A DNA stretch of 35,285 nucleotides from a virus (taxonomy: Duplodnaviria; Caudoviricetes), in IMG/VR virus record IMGVR_UViG_3300006105_000057, positions 1 to 35,285 of that record; one strand, written 5' to 3'. Both the position numbers and the translations under genes were made by a program. The notes below the pieces were generated by a model, which saw nothing but the letters and a program-made list of their open reading frames with translations, was not told where the DNA came from and ran no database searches. Of the stretch, positions 19,273-28,300 are shown one piece after another. The number at the start of each line of letters is the position of its first letter. The stretch's first letter is position 1.

Positions 19273-19833
19273 ATGGCGACAAAAGCCAAAGGTGCGCATT
19301 ATGTGAACAATGCTGACTTTCTAGTAGCAATGAAAGAGTATCGAATTAAGGTACTTGCTGCAAAGGAAGCAGGGTTGACTAAATCCGATAAGGGTTGGCC
19401 ACAGGTTACACCATATATTGGTGAGTGTCTTATGAAGATTGGCACCCATTTATCATACAAAGCAAATTTTATCAATTATAGTTATCGTGAAGATATGATT
19501 TTAGATGGTATACAAAACTGTCTACAATATATCGATAACTTTGATCCCGAGAAATCCTCAAACCCCTTTGCTTATTTCACACAAATTATATACTATGCAT
19601 TTCTAAGGCGCATTGCTGAGGAAAAGAAACAGACTTACATTAAAGGTAAGATGCTTCAGGAAATGCCTTTTGAAATGTTTGAGTTACAAGAACAAGATGA
19701 AACAGGTGAATATCATAATTCTTATGTAGAGTTTATGCAGCATAATAATAATTTTGATGATTTTATTGAACGCAAGAAAGAACGCAAGCGTAAGAAAAAA
19801 GAATCAAGTTTGGATGATTTTGTAAATGAGTAG
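19273..19833 (+). CDS. gp55: Late transcription sigma factor gp55
   Basis: HYVNNADF, YIGECLMKI..HLS...NF.NY.YREDMI.DG, NFDPEKSSNPFAYFTQIIYYAFLRRI. Confidence 0.97.
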   Translation: MATKAKGAHYVNNADFLVAMKEYRIKVLAAKEAGLTKSDKGWPQVTPYIGECLMKIGTHLSYKANFINYSYREDMILDGIQNCLQYIDNFDPEKSSNPFAYFTQIIYYAFLRRIAEEKKQTYIKGKMLQEMPFEMFELQEQDETGEYHNSYVEFMQHNNNFDDFIERKKERKRKKKESSLDDFVNE

Positions 19834-20983
19834 AGAAGTTCGTGAATGGTTGAAAGATGTTATGGCAAATGCAGTAGTTACACACAGGTTTCCTTTAGGT
19901 AGATCACGGAGAAAACAAGCTCGTAGAAACAAAAAGTTTCTCAGGAGACTTACTTGGGATGCTACTGATAATATGTTAAGTTTGAAAGATATTATGAAAG
20001 AAGATAACAAAATTTTCCTTGGCGTTTCGGATGTTGAAGACTTGGTAACTGCCGAGATTCTGAAATCCCGCTCTGATCGTGGTGTTTCCACTGTATTCCG
20101 TAATACATCTGTGTTGTGTAATCGCGAGAAATGGCAAACATGGGCAGAAGGTCAATTCAAAAAATTCCTTTTTGTTCAATCTGGATCATCCTCAGGTTTC
20201 ATTGTAGAAAAAGAAACACAAAACCTTATCAAATTTGATGTCAACAGCAATACAACTGATGTTCGTGCGTTTGGCGACGAAGATTTTGTTGAAGATATTA
20301 TTGAGATCGTTGAAGAAAACTTCTCTGTTGTTACTTGCCACATCGAATGGGTTTATGGTGGCGATGGACAATCTGTAAATGTTCCATTAAATCGCGAACG
20401 ACTACCTGTTGCTGAGATGTACCCTTTCCTTAAAGGTGAAACTCTTGAGTCATACTACGATCGTTATATGGCATCTTCAGCAAATATCTTATTGCTAATT
20501 GGACCTCCAGGAACTGGTAAGACTACCTTTATCCGTGGACTTCTTGCGCATACAAATTCCTCTGCTATTGTTTCCTACGATGCAGGCATTTTAGACAAAG
20601 ATGGATTCTTTGCTCGTTTCATTGAATCTGATGACAATGTTATGGTACTTGAAGATAGCGATGCTTTCTTGAAACCTCGTAGCGATGGTAATACAATGAT
20701 GCATCGTTTCCTTAATGTGGGCGATGGTCTTGTTACAACCAAAGGTAAGAAAATGATTTTCTCTACCAACTTACCATCTGTGCGAGATATCGATTCAGCA
20801 TTAACAAGACCTGGACGCTGTTTTGATATTGTTGAGTTTAATCAACTGTCTTATGGTGAAGCAAAAGCGCTGGCTGAAAAATTGGGAGCACCGATGCCTG
20901 ATATCAAAGACCAGTATTCTATTGCCGAAATTTTTAATGAACAAACCCATAAACCTAATGTTAGAAAGGTAGGATTCATTTGA
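19826..20983 (+). CDS. AAA+ ATPase
   Basis: Walker A GPPGTGKT, Walker B VMVLEDSD, STN sensor, SRH IDSALTRPGR, C-terminal KVGF. Start uncertain. Confidence 0.85.
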   Translation: MSREVREWLKDVMANAVVTHRFPLGRSRRKQARRNKKFLRRLTWDATDNMLSLKDIMKEDNKIFLGVSDVEDLVTAEILKSRSDRGVSTVFRNTSVLCNREKWQTWAEGQFKKFLFVQSGSSSGFIVEKETQNLIKFDVNSNTTDVRAFGDEDFVEDIIEIVEENFSVVTCHIEWVYGGDGQSVNVPLNRERLPVAEMYPFLKGETLESYYDRYMASSANILLLIGPPGTGKTTFIRGLLAHTNSSAIVSYDAGILDKDGFFARFIESDDNVMVLEDSDAFLKPRSDGNTMMHRFLNVGDGLVTTKGKKMIFSTNLPSVRDIDSALTRPGRCFDIVEFNQLSYGEAKALAEKLGAPMPDIKDQYSIAEIFNEQTHKPNVRKVGFI

Positions 20984-22035
20984 AAGTAGCAATTATTACA
21001 GACCAGCACTTTGGTGCTAGGAATGATAGTGTTGGCTTCTTGGATTTCTTTGAACAGTTTTATGACAATACTTTCTTTCCTACTTTGGATGCAAATGATG
21101 TTGATTGCGTTCTTATTCTTGGTGACACTTTTGATCGACGCAAATATGTAAACTTTTATTCTCTTGACCGAGCGAAGAAAATGTTCTTCAATAAACTCGA
21201 GGAAAGAGGAATCAAAGTTATTATGATTGCTGGTAATCATGACACATACTTTAAGAACACAAATGAAGTAAACTCCCCCGAGTTATTGCTTGCTGAATAT
21301 ACTAATGTGAGTTTGGTTCACAAAGCAATGGACATTACAGTTGATGATACACCAATTTGTTTTGTTCCTTGGATTTGTCCAGAAAATTATGATGACAGTA
21401 TTGAAACACTAAATACCAGCAAAGCTGAGATCTGCATGGGGCATTTCGAAATTGCTGGATTTGCTATGTATAGAGGAATGGAAAGTCATGAAGGTCTTTC
21501 TAAAGATTTGTTTAAAAAGTTTGATATGGTTTTCAGTGGTCACTACCATCATCGTAGTGACGATGGTCATATCTATTACTTGGGAAATCCTTACGAACTC
21601 ACATGGCAGGACTATAACGATCCCCGAGGATTTCACTTGTTCGATCTACAAACAAGACAGCTCGAATTCATCGGAAATCCTTATACGATGTTCCAAAGAG
21701 TCGAATACGACGACTCCCTCACCGATCCATCCGTCCAGTCTTACGACTATCTAAAAAATAAATTTGTAAAAGTTATTGTTGTAAACAAGAATGACTTGTA
21801 TAAGTTTGACAAATTCATTACCAAGGTTTATAATTCTAATCCATATGAGGTAAAAATCATTGAGGATTTCTCTGAATACACTGAAGGAGAAATTGCCACC
21901 GACATTAATCTTGAGGATACTCTAGATGTGTTGTCTAACTATGTTGACTCAATTGAAACTGATTATGATAAAGACAAAGTGAAGACATTTATGAAAGCAC
22001 TTTATACGGAAGCTGTAAACATTGAGGTAGAATAA
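20980..22035 (+). CDS. gp47: Recombination endonuclease subunit gp47 (Mre11/SbcD-like)
   Basis: ITDQHFG, LGDTFD, GNHD, FSGHYH phosphoesterase motifs; TTG start. Confidence 0.96.
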   Translation: MKVAIITDQHFGARNDSVGFLDFFEQFYDNTFFPTLDANDVDCVLILGDTFDRRKYVNFYSLDRAKKMFFNKLEERGIKVIMIAGNHDTYFKNTNEVNSPELLLAEYTNVSLVHKAMDITVDDTPICFVPWICPENYDDSIETLNTSKAEICMGHFEIAGFAMYRGMESHEGLSKDLFKKFDMVFSGHYHHRSDDGHIYYLGNPYELTWQDYNDPRGFHLFDLQTRQLEFIGNPYTMFQRVEYDDSLTDPSVQSYDYLKNKFVKVIVVNKNDLYKFDKFITKVYNSNPYEVKIIEDFSEYTEGEIATDINLEDTLDVLSNYVDSIETDYDKDKVKTFMKALYTEAVNIEVE

Positions 22036-22373
22036 TGTACCAACAAGAGATCCAATTTTTCTGGCCACTTACTGAACAGATTAATCTTGACTTAGATTAT
22101 ACTTCATGCGAGGAGTATGAGAAAAAGAAACGAGAAGATTGGGCGAAGAGTTCTGTAACATCAGGAATGTTTTTGACTGCTGGAACTGGAATTAATACTG
22201 CGACATGGGCAGTTGCTGATCCGACATATCAAACCTTTCAAGTTCTTCCCGATGGCGCTGTTGGTAGCTGGCAAGTTACACCAAACATGTCTGTCGGTCG
22301 CAAAACAAAACCTAATTTTATTCATAGACTATTTACTAAACTTACCCTCGGATGGGAGTGGAAGGATAAATGA
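22035..22373 (+). CDS. Hypothetical protein
   Basis: 112-aa ORF overlapping both neighbours (TAATG, ATGA), SD GAGG. Confidence 0.65.
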   Translation: MYQQEIQFFWPLTEQINLDLDYTSCEEYEKKKREDWAKSSVTSGMFLTAGTGINTATWAVADPTYQTFQVLPDGAVGSWQVTPNMSVGRKTKPNFIHRLFTKLTLGWEWKDK

Positions 22374-24082
22374 TTGTATTTAAGACGCTGTCTTGGAAAA
22401 ACTTTTTATCAACTGGGAATCAGCCAAACAAGTTAATACTTAACAGACAAACCACAACACTTATTATTGGTAAGAATGGTGAAGGTAAATCTACTTGTCT
22501 AGATGCTCTGTGTTTTGTGTTGTTTGGTAAACCTTTCAGAAACATCAATAAGAACCAGATGGTCAACTCCATCAATGGTAAGAACACAGTTGTTGAAATT
22601 GAATTTTCTATCGGTCAAAAAGAATACAAAATTATTCGTGGCATCAAACCAAACATTTTTGAGATCTATCTTGATAGTGTGTTGGTAAATCAAGACGCAG
22701 CAACTAGAGATTATCAAAAGATTCTTGAACAACAAATCCTTCGTTTAAACTACAAAACATTTACTCAAGTAGTTATTCTTGGAGCAGCATCATTTGTTCC
22801 ATTTATGCAGCTGTCTTCTAATCAGCGTAGAGAAGTTATTGAAGATATCCTCGACATTAAAATCTTTTCTACCATGAATCAGATTTTAAAAGAGAAACAA
22901 AATGCAACAAAAGATGAGATTGCACGAATCGAAACAGAAATTAAATCTGCTAAGGATAAAGTTGAGATGCAGCAAAACCTCATCAAAACAATTTCTTCAG
23001 CTAAGAAAGAAGCCATCGATAGTATTAAAACAAAGATATCTGCTAGCACTGCTGAAATACAACAGACAGAGAGCGAGATCGAAGGAATCTTGGAAGAGAT
23101 CGCTACACTTAAATCAAGCATCTCAAACAAAGACACTATTGTTGAAGACATCGACAAAGCAAAATCTTTCAGATCAAAACTCTTACAGAAAATCGAAACT
23201 TGTGAACATCACACTAAGTTCTTTAACGAACATGATGTATGCCCATCATGTGACCAGAATATTCCAGAGGAACATAAATCGAAAATTGTCGAAGATCTTA
23301 ATTCGAAATTGTTGGAACAAAACCAAAAAATTGGTGAACTTGAGAATATCCTCTCCAACCTTAATGAAGGGTTATCTGAAATTGCTAAAGTACAATCGCA
23401 GATTACCGACAAAAATATTGAACTATCTACAAGAAATTCAGCAATCACCTTACTCAATAAACAAGTTAAAGCGTTACAAGATGAAGCGGACAGCGCAAAA
23501 ACTGATACGGCAAATATCGATGAGGAGAAATCCAAGTTAAAAGAGTTGGCAAAGGTAGCTCTTGATAATATTGGTCGTAAGGGTGAACTTGATTCTGAAA
23601 AAGATCTACAGTATGTAGCTTCTGCTCTGCTACGGGACACTGGTATTAAGACTGCGATTATTCGTGAGTATCTACCAATCATGAATAAGTTGATCAATCA
23701 ATATCTAAACCAGATGGATTCTTACATTCATTTTGAGTTAGATGAGTCGTTTAACGAAACAATCAAGTCAAGATTCCGTGATGAATTTACCTATGCTTCT
23801 TTCTCTGAAGGTGAGAAGATGCGTATTGACTTGGCTATCCTGTTTACATGGAGACAAATCGCCAAGCTGAAGAACTCTGTCAATACAAACCTTTTAGTTC
23901 TTGATGAAATTTTTGATTCATCATTGGATGTGAATGGCACTGACTATTTCTTAAACCTGATGAATACTTTGGGTGAGAATTCTAATGTGTTTGTTATCTC
24001 CCACAAAGGCGACCAGCTATTTGACAAGTTTAGATCAGTCATAAAATTTGAAAAACGGAACGATTTTTCAGTTATTGTATAA
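22370..24082 (+). CDS. gp46: Recombination ATPase subunit gp46 (Rad50/SbcC-like)
   Basis: WKNFLSTGN, GKNGEGKS, zinc hook CPSC, FSEGEKMRIDL, LDEIFDSSLD, ISHK. Confidence 0.97.
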   Translation: MIVFKTLSWKNFLSTGNQPNKLILNRQTTTLIIGKNGEGKSTCLDALCFVLFGKPFRNINKNQMVNSINGKNTVVEIEFSIGQKEYKIIRGIKPNIFEIYLDSVLVNQDAATRDYQKILEQQILRLNYKTFTQVVILGAASFVPFMQLSSNQRREVIEDILDIKIFSTMNQILKEKQNATKDEIARIETEIKSAKDKVEMQQNLIKTISSAKKEAIDSIKTKISASTAEIQQTESEIEGILEEIATLKSSISNKDTIVEDIDKAKSFRSKLLQKIETCEHHTKFFNEHDVCPSCDQNIPEEHKSKIVEDLNSKLLEQNQKIGELENILSNLNEGLSEIAKVQSQITDKNIELSTRNSAITLLNKQVKALQDEADSAKTDTANIDEEKSKLKELAKVALDNIGRKGELDSEKDLQYVASALLRDTGIKTAIIREYLPIMNKLINQYLNQMDSYIHFELDESFNETIKSRFRDEFTYASFSEGEKMRIDLAILFTWRQIAKLKNSVNTNLLVLDEIFDSSLDVNGTDYFLNLMNTLGENSNVFVISHKGDQLFDKFRSVIKFEKRNDFSVIV

Positions 24083-24100
24083 CCCTACAAGTTGTAGGGT
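24082..24100. repeat. 19-bp palindrome ACCCTACAA-G-TTGTAGGGT
   Basis: Perfect 9-bp arms; related to the palindrome at 26362-26388. Confidence 0.8.
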
Positions 24101-24138
24101 ATCCTGCAAGCCCCACTGGACGGGACTGAAAAAAATGC

Positions 24139-24167
24139 TTGCTTTTAATTCATAAATACCGTATAAT
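24139..24167 (+). promoter_or_regulatory. Early sigma70-type promoter
   Basis: TTGCTT-TTAATT...(17 nt)-TATAAT. Confidence 0.8.
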
Positions 24168-24192
24168 TACTCTATAACTTGGAGAAAATTAT

Positions 24193-26340
24193 ATGATGAA
24201 TTCTAAAGACCTGCTCGCAAAACTATTGGCGAACGAAAATCTGAATGTTATTCGTGCCAATGTTGCCACTGCATCTTTTGAAAGTTTTACTCGCACCTTG
24301 ACTCTTCCGCAATGGAAGGATATGACAACCGAAGTTGAGGAAATGTTAATCGGTCACGAAGTTGGTCATGCTTTGTATACTACGACTGAACATATCGAGA
24401 AAGAGGACTTCCGTAAATTACAAGGTTATATGAATGTAATCGAGGATGTTCGTATCGAAAAGAAAATCAAAAACAAATATCCAGGTCTGCGTAAGGCATT
24501 TATTACAGCCTACAAAGAACTCAAAGAGAAAGATTTCTTTGGTATTCAAGACAAAGACCTGTCTGATATTCTGTTGATTGACCGTATTAATCTATACTAC
24601 AAGTGTGGTTTTAACTGTGGTGTAAAATTCAACTCTGAAGAAATGAACTTGGTTCGCAAGGTAGATCGTTGCGATTCTATGGAAGATGTGTATAAATTGG
24701 CTCAAGAAATTTATTCTTATGCCAAAGATGAGCGTGATGCTAAACAACAACAACTTAAAGAACTCCGTGAGTTGAATGGGGAAGACGAGAAAGAAGAAGT
24801 AGAGTTTGATAACTTTATGGACGACCCTGATGATTTTGACGATTATCAACCAGACGAGGAAATAGAAGACGAAGATCAGAAAGCACCTAAGTCAAACAAG
24901 TCTGATCCCGAAGCTGAGAAGAAAGAAGAACAAGCACAGGAAGAAGAAGACTTAGAGTCTAAAACTCAGAAGTCTTTTGCTGAGCGTCTTAAAGATTTGG
25001 CTGATACCGAGACTATCGTTCAAAACTTTACACCAAAACTTGAGTCTACTCGTGATCCTATCGTTGGCTATAAAACAATTCTGTCTGAATTGAAAGAAGC
25101 CAAACCAGCTCTCTATCAAAGAATGGTAAATTACCACGATAAGGAACATGCTGATCGTTGGTTTGCTAAACAACAAGTAGACTTGTTGAAGTTTAAGACT
25201 GACTCAATGCGTGTTGTAAACTATCTTGTTAAAGAGTTTGAGATGCGTAAGTCAGCTACTGAGTATAAGCGTATTACAACTTCTAAGTCTGGTGATTTGG
25301 ATATGCGTAAATTGTATGCTCATACTTTGACTGATGATATTTTCAAGAAACTTGATGTGTTGCCTGAAGATAAAAACCATGGTATGATTTTCTTATTAGA
25401 CTGGTCAGGTTCTATGTCTGGTGTTATGGATGATACCATTAAACAGGTTATCAACCTTGCGATGTTCTGCCAACGAATTCAAATTCCATATCAGGTATTT
25501 GCCTTTACGACTGGTCGTTCATCTTCTCGCGATGAAGATATTCTTCGTAGAGCAGGTGCTAATTCTGCTGCTGAAACAATGAGTGGGTTTGCTGACACTG
25601 GTTATCACCTACTTGAGTTCTTTAATAATAAGATGACCAACAGCGAATTTAATGCTATGATTGATTATTTGTTTAATCGTCCATGGGCTTACTCAAGGGA
25701 TTATGATTTGAACAGCACTCCGCTGAACGAATCTCTCTTGTTCCTTTGCGACTATGTTGGAACTTTCATCAAGAAGAATACTGTTGAGAAAATGTCTTTG
25801 ATTACTTTGACAGATGGATCTGGTCATGCGATTCATGGTGCTGGTCAAAGTTTGCGTAGCTACAAACACAGCGATGATTACAAAACTACATACAAGGTAA
25901 AGAATTTTATTCGCGACCCAATGACTAAGAAGGAATATCCTTTGTCTGACAATGGTGGTGAACAAACTCGTACCTTCTTGCGTATCATTAAGGATCGTTA
26001 CGGTATCAAAACTGTTGGATTCCATGTGGCTCATAACAGTCGCCGTGATATTGGTTGCTTCATTCGTGATAATGTTGGTGGCGTATCAAATAGCCAAGAA
26101 TATTACATGACTGAACAGATCCGCAAGGATATTCGCCAGAACGACTATGCTTTGATCCAAAACACAGGTCGTGATGAGATGTATCTGTTGTCAGCTTCCA
26201 AACAGAAAATTGAGGAGGGTGACCTTAAGATTGACTCTACAGCGAATGCCAAGTCTATTGCAAAACAATTCAGCAAATACCTCGGTGTAAAGAAGTCCAG
26301 CCGAGTAGTTCTGAGTCGTTTCGTGGGCTTAGTTGCGTAA
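24193..26340 (+). CDS. Zincin-like metallopeptidase domain + acidic linker + vWA (CobT-like) protein; MoxR partner
   Basis: HEVGH (24355-24369) with downstream NVIEDVRIE; D/E-rich linker; MIDAS DWSGS (25399-25413), STPL, LTDG. Confidence 0.85.
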   Translation: MMNSKDLLAKLLANENLNVIRANVATASFESFTRTLTLPQWKDMTTEVEEMLIGHEVGHALYTTTEHIEKEDFRKLQGYMNVIEDVRIEKKIKNKYPGLRKAFITAYKELKEKDFFGIQDKDLSDILLIDRINLYYKCGFNCGVKFNSEEMNLVRKVDRCDSMEDVYKLAQEIYSYAKDERDAKQQQLKELRELNGEDEKEEVEFDNFMDDPDDFDDYQPDEEIEDEDQKAPKSNKSDPEAEKKEEQAQEEEDLESKTQKSFAERLKDLADTETIVQNFTPKLESTRDPIVGYKTILSELKEAKPALYQRMVNYHDKEHADRWFAKQQVDLLKFKTDSMRVVNYLVKEFEMRKSATEYKRITTSKSGDLDMRKLYAHTLTDDIFKKLDVLPEDKNHGMIFLLDWSGSMSGVMDDTIKQVINLAMFCQRIQIPYQVFAFTTGRSSSRDEDILRRAGANSAAETMSGFADTGYHLLEFFNNKMTNSEFNAMIDYLFNRPWAYSRDYDLNSTPLNESLLFLCDYVGTFIKKNTVEKMSLITLTDGSGHAIHGAGQSLRSYKHSDDYKTTYKVKNFIRDPMTKKEYPLSDNGGEQTRTFLRIIKDRYGIKTVGFHVAHNSRRDIGCFIRDNVGGVSNSQEYYMTEQIRKDIRQNDYALIQNTGRDEMYLLSASKQKIEEGDLKIDSTANAKSIAKQFSKYLGVKKSSRVVLSRFVGLVA

Positions 26341-26361
26341 GTTATTGATTTTAAAGGAGAA

Positions 26362-26388
26362 AATAACCCTATAAAAAGTAGGGTTATT
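26362..26388. repeat. Palindrome AATAACCCTA-N7-TAGGGTTATT
   Basis: Perfect 10-bp arms ending 2 nt before a -35 box. Confidence 0.8.
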
Positions 26389-26390
26389 AC

Positions 26391-26419
26391 TTGCTTTTAA
26401 TTGCCAAATAGGGTATAAT
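26391..26419 (+). promoter_or_regulatory. Early sigma70-type promoter
   Basis: TTGCTT-TTAATT...(17 nt)-TATAAT. Confidence 0.8.
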
Positions 26420-26449
26420 TATATTATGGAATTGATTATGGAGGTCGTT

Positions 26450-26605
26450 ATGTGGGATGGATTTACTGATAATGAGTTGATCAACCTTGCTGTAGAATAT
26501 GGCATTCAGGATCAATTAGTTGTGATTGGTGGGCGATTATTCAACCGAGAAGAAGTTGAAGCACACTTGACCGAAGTTGAATACGATCTTGCATTTCGTG
26601 CTTGA
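26450..26605 (+). CDS. 51-aa acidic microprotein (not in ORF track)
   Basis: MWDGFTDNELINLAVEYGIQDQLVVIGGRLFNREEVEAHLTEVEYDLAFRA; SD GGAGG; own promoter. Confidence 0.75.
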   Translation: MWDGFTDNELINLAVEYGIQDQLVVIGGRLFNREEVEAHLTEVEYDLAFRA

Positions 26606-26630
26606 CTTTAATTGTGAAAAGTTGTATAAT
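26602..26630 (+). promoter_or_regulatory. Early sigma70-type promoter for the MoxR gene
   Basis: TTGACT-TTAATT...(17 nt)-TATAAT with TG upstream of the -10. Confidence 0.82.
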
Positions 26631-26654
26631 TATTGTATATTATGAATGGAGTGA

Positions 26655-27815
26655 ATGATGGCAGATGCTAACTATGTGAATGAGTTTGAAACAAAACTCT
26701 TTGAGTTGTTCCCCGATGTTAAAACAACATCCACAGTTTCCCGTAAACAGCTTCAAACTGTTATGGAGAAATTAAAATCTTCCAAGTATCCGACTTGGTT
26801 GATGCAAAATAAACTTGGTCGTGGTTTGTATGCCATTCCTGGTGGTAGCATAACAGCTCCAATCGCAGGCAATACTGCCCTTGCTCCGAAACAACCTGAG
26901 AGTGTTATTGTGGATTATACAAACCTTGATTCCCTTGTTCCAAAGTTGGATGCAAACTATGTTCCCTTTGGTAATTACAAAGACTTAGAACGAATCATTG
27001 CTTCTAAGCAGTTCTACCCAACTTATATTTCTGGTCCAACTGGTAATGGTAAATCTACTTCTATCGAGCAGATTTGTGCCAAGTTACATCGACCACTTAT
27101 CCGTGTAAACCTAAACAAAATGACTGACGAAGATCAGTTGATTGGTTCTAAGACCCTTGTCGATGGTAATGTCGAGGTCGTTGAAGGTCCAGTAATGATT
27201 GCGATGCGTCTAGGCATCCCTCTTTTGCTCGATGAGATTGACGCTGGTGGTGCCAATACTTTGTTATGTCTCCAGCCAATCTTAGAGGGCAAACCTTTCT
27301 ACTTCAAACTTAAGAACGAGATGGTTTATCCAGCTGTTGGGTTTAACTTGTTCGCAACTGCTAACACAAAGGGTAAGGGTAGCGATGATGGTCGTTACAT
27401 CGGTACCAATGTTCTTAACGAAGCATTCTTAGAGCGTTTCGCAGTTACTTTCAATCAAGAATATCCTGATGCGAAAGTAGAGATTAAGATTGTTGAGAAT
27501 CTTATGAAGTCTTTTGGTTGCCATGATGCTGATTTCGCAAGCAACCTAGTCAAGTGGGCTGAAGCAATTCGTCGCACCTTCGATGCTGGTGGTGTTGACG
27601 AAACAATTACCACTCGTCGTCTGGTTCACATCGTTCGAGCATTCTCGATCTTCAAGAATCAGAAGAAAGCAATTGAGTTGTGTACTAATCGTTTTGACGA
27701 CGCAACTCGTCTTGCCTTTGTTGACTTATTCGACAAGGTATCCGCAGGTGAATTGGTTGTTGAAGAACCTGTTCATGCTGAGGAAGTCAAAACTGAAGAA
27801 AACATTCCATTTTAA
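26655..27815 (+). CDS. MoxR-family (CobS-like) AAA+ ATPase with extra N-terminal domain
   Basis: Walker A GPTGNGKS, RVN..TDEDQLIG, Walker B LLLDEID, ATANTKGKG..DGRYIGTNVLNEAFLERF, ITTRRLVHI. Confidence 0.92.
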   Translation: MMADANYVNEFETKLFELFPDVKTTSTVSRKQLQTVMEKLKSSKYPTWLMQNKLGRGLYAIPGGSITAPIAGNTALAPKQPESVIVDYTNLDSLVPKLDANYVPFGNYKDLERIIASKQFYPTYISGPTGNGKSTSIEQICAKLHRPLIRVNLNKMTDEDQLIGSKTLVDGNVEVVEGPVMIAMRLGIPLLLDEIDAGGANTLLCLQPILEGKPFYFKLKNEMVYPAVGFNLFATANTKGKGSDDGRYIGTNVLNEAFLERFAVTFNQEYPDAKVEIKIVENLMKSFGCHDADFASNLVKWAEAIRRTFDAGGVDETITTRRLVHIVRAFSIFKNQKKAIELCTNRFDDATRLAFVDLFDKVSAGELVVEEPVHAEEVKTEENIPF

Positions 27816-27833
27816 TTGAAGGAGTATTATATT

Positions 27834-28226
27834 ATGTTGAAATTTAAAGATCTAACCAAGTCACAGAAGCAGTTTATCGTTCGTACTTTGGAAAACTTTC
27901 CTGAGTATTACAAAGAAAACACACTGGGCGCCAAGCAAATTCATGCATCTTATTACAAGATGAAAGCTGAGCGTGATAATTCTGGTGAGAAGTTGGGTTA
28001 TCCTAACTGGTTGCAAACAAATAACCGAGTAGGTCGTGGGCAGTATCAAATGCCTTGGCCAACCGAAAGCGAATTGAAGTCCTTCTCAACTGTAAAAGTT
28101 GCAAAGGTTGATAAAGATGCAAGTAAACTTCAAGAAATTATTGACACAAGCGATGATTTCGAGGTAGAATATCAATCTGATGAAGACTTCATCAAGGAAC
28201 TCCGCGATAACGGCATCTCCGTTTAA
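27834..28226 (+). CDS. Hypothetical protein paralogous to the MoxR N-terminal domain, with acidic tail
   Basis: SD AAGGAG; shares FP...KQ...YPxWL..N..GRGxY..P with the 26655 protein. Confidence 0.75.
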   Translation: MLKFKDLTKSQKQFIVRTLENFPEYYKENTLGAKQIHASYYKMKAERDNSGEKLGYPNWLQTNNRVGRGQYQMPWPTESELKSFSTVKVAKVDKDASKLQEIIDTSDDFEVEYQSDEDFIKELRDNGISV

Positions 28227-28233
28227 GCGAGTT

Positions 28234-28281
28234 TGAGGGGTGGTTAATGCCATCGCCATCCCTCATTTTTTATACGATGGT
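28234..28281 (+). ncRNA. Predicted cis-regulatory H-type pseudoknot / terminator hairpin
   Basis: S1 TGAGGGGTGG/CCATCCCTCA; loop (G)CCATCG pairs with CGATGG(T) at 28275-28281. Confidence 0.55.
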
Positions 28282-28300
28282 TATATTATGGAGTTATTAC

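Noticed and set aside
5294-24082. Introns, inteins or homing endonucleases in terminase, portal, capsid, uvsW, gp46/47
   Set aside because: ORFs are continuous and of expected size, with no intein splice motifs or HNH/GIY-YIG/LAGLIDADG ORFs seen.
26655-27815. Cobalamin biosynthesis (CobS/CobT cobaltochelatase) interpretation
   Set aside because: No cobN or other cob genes here, and the partner has a zincin domain; generic MoxR/vWA function is more defensible.
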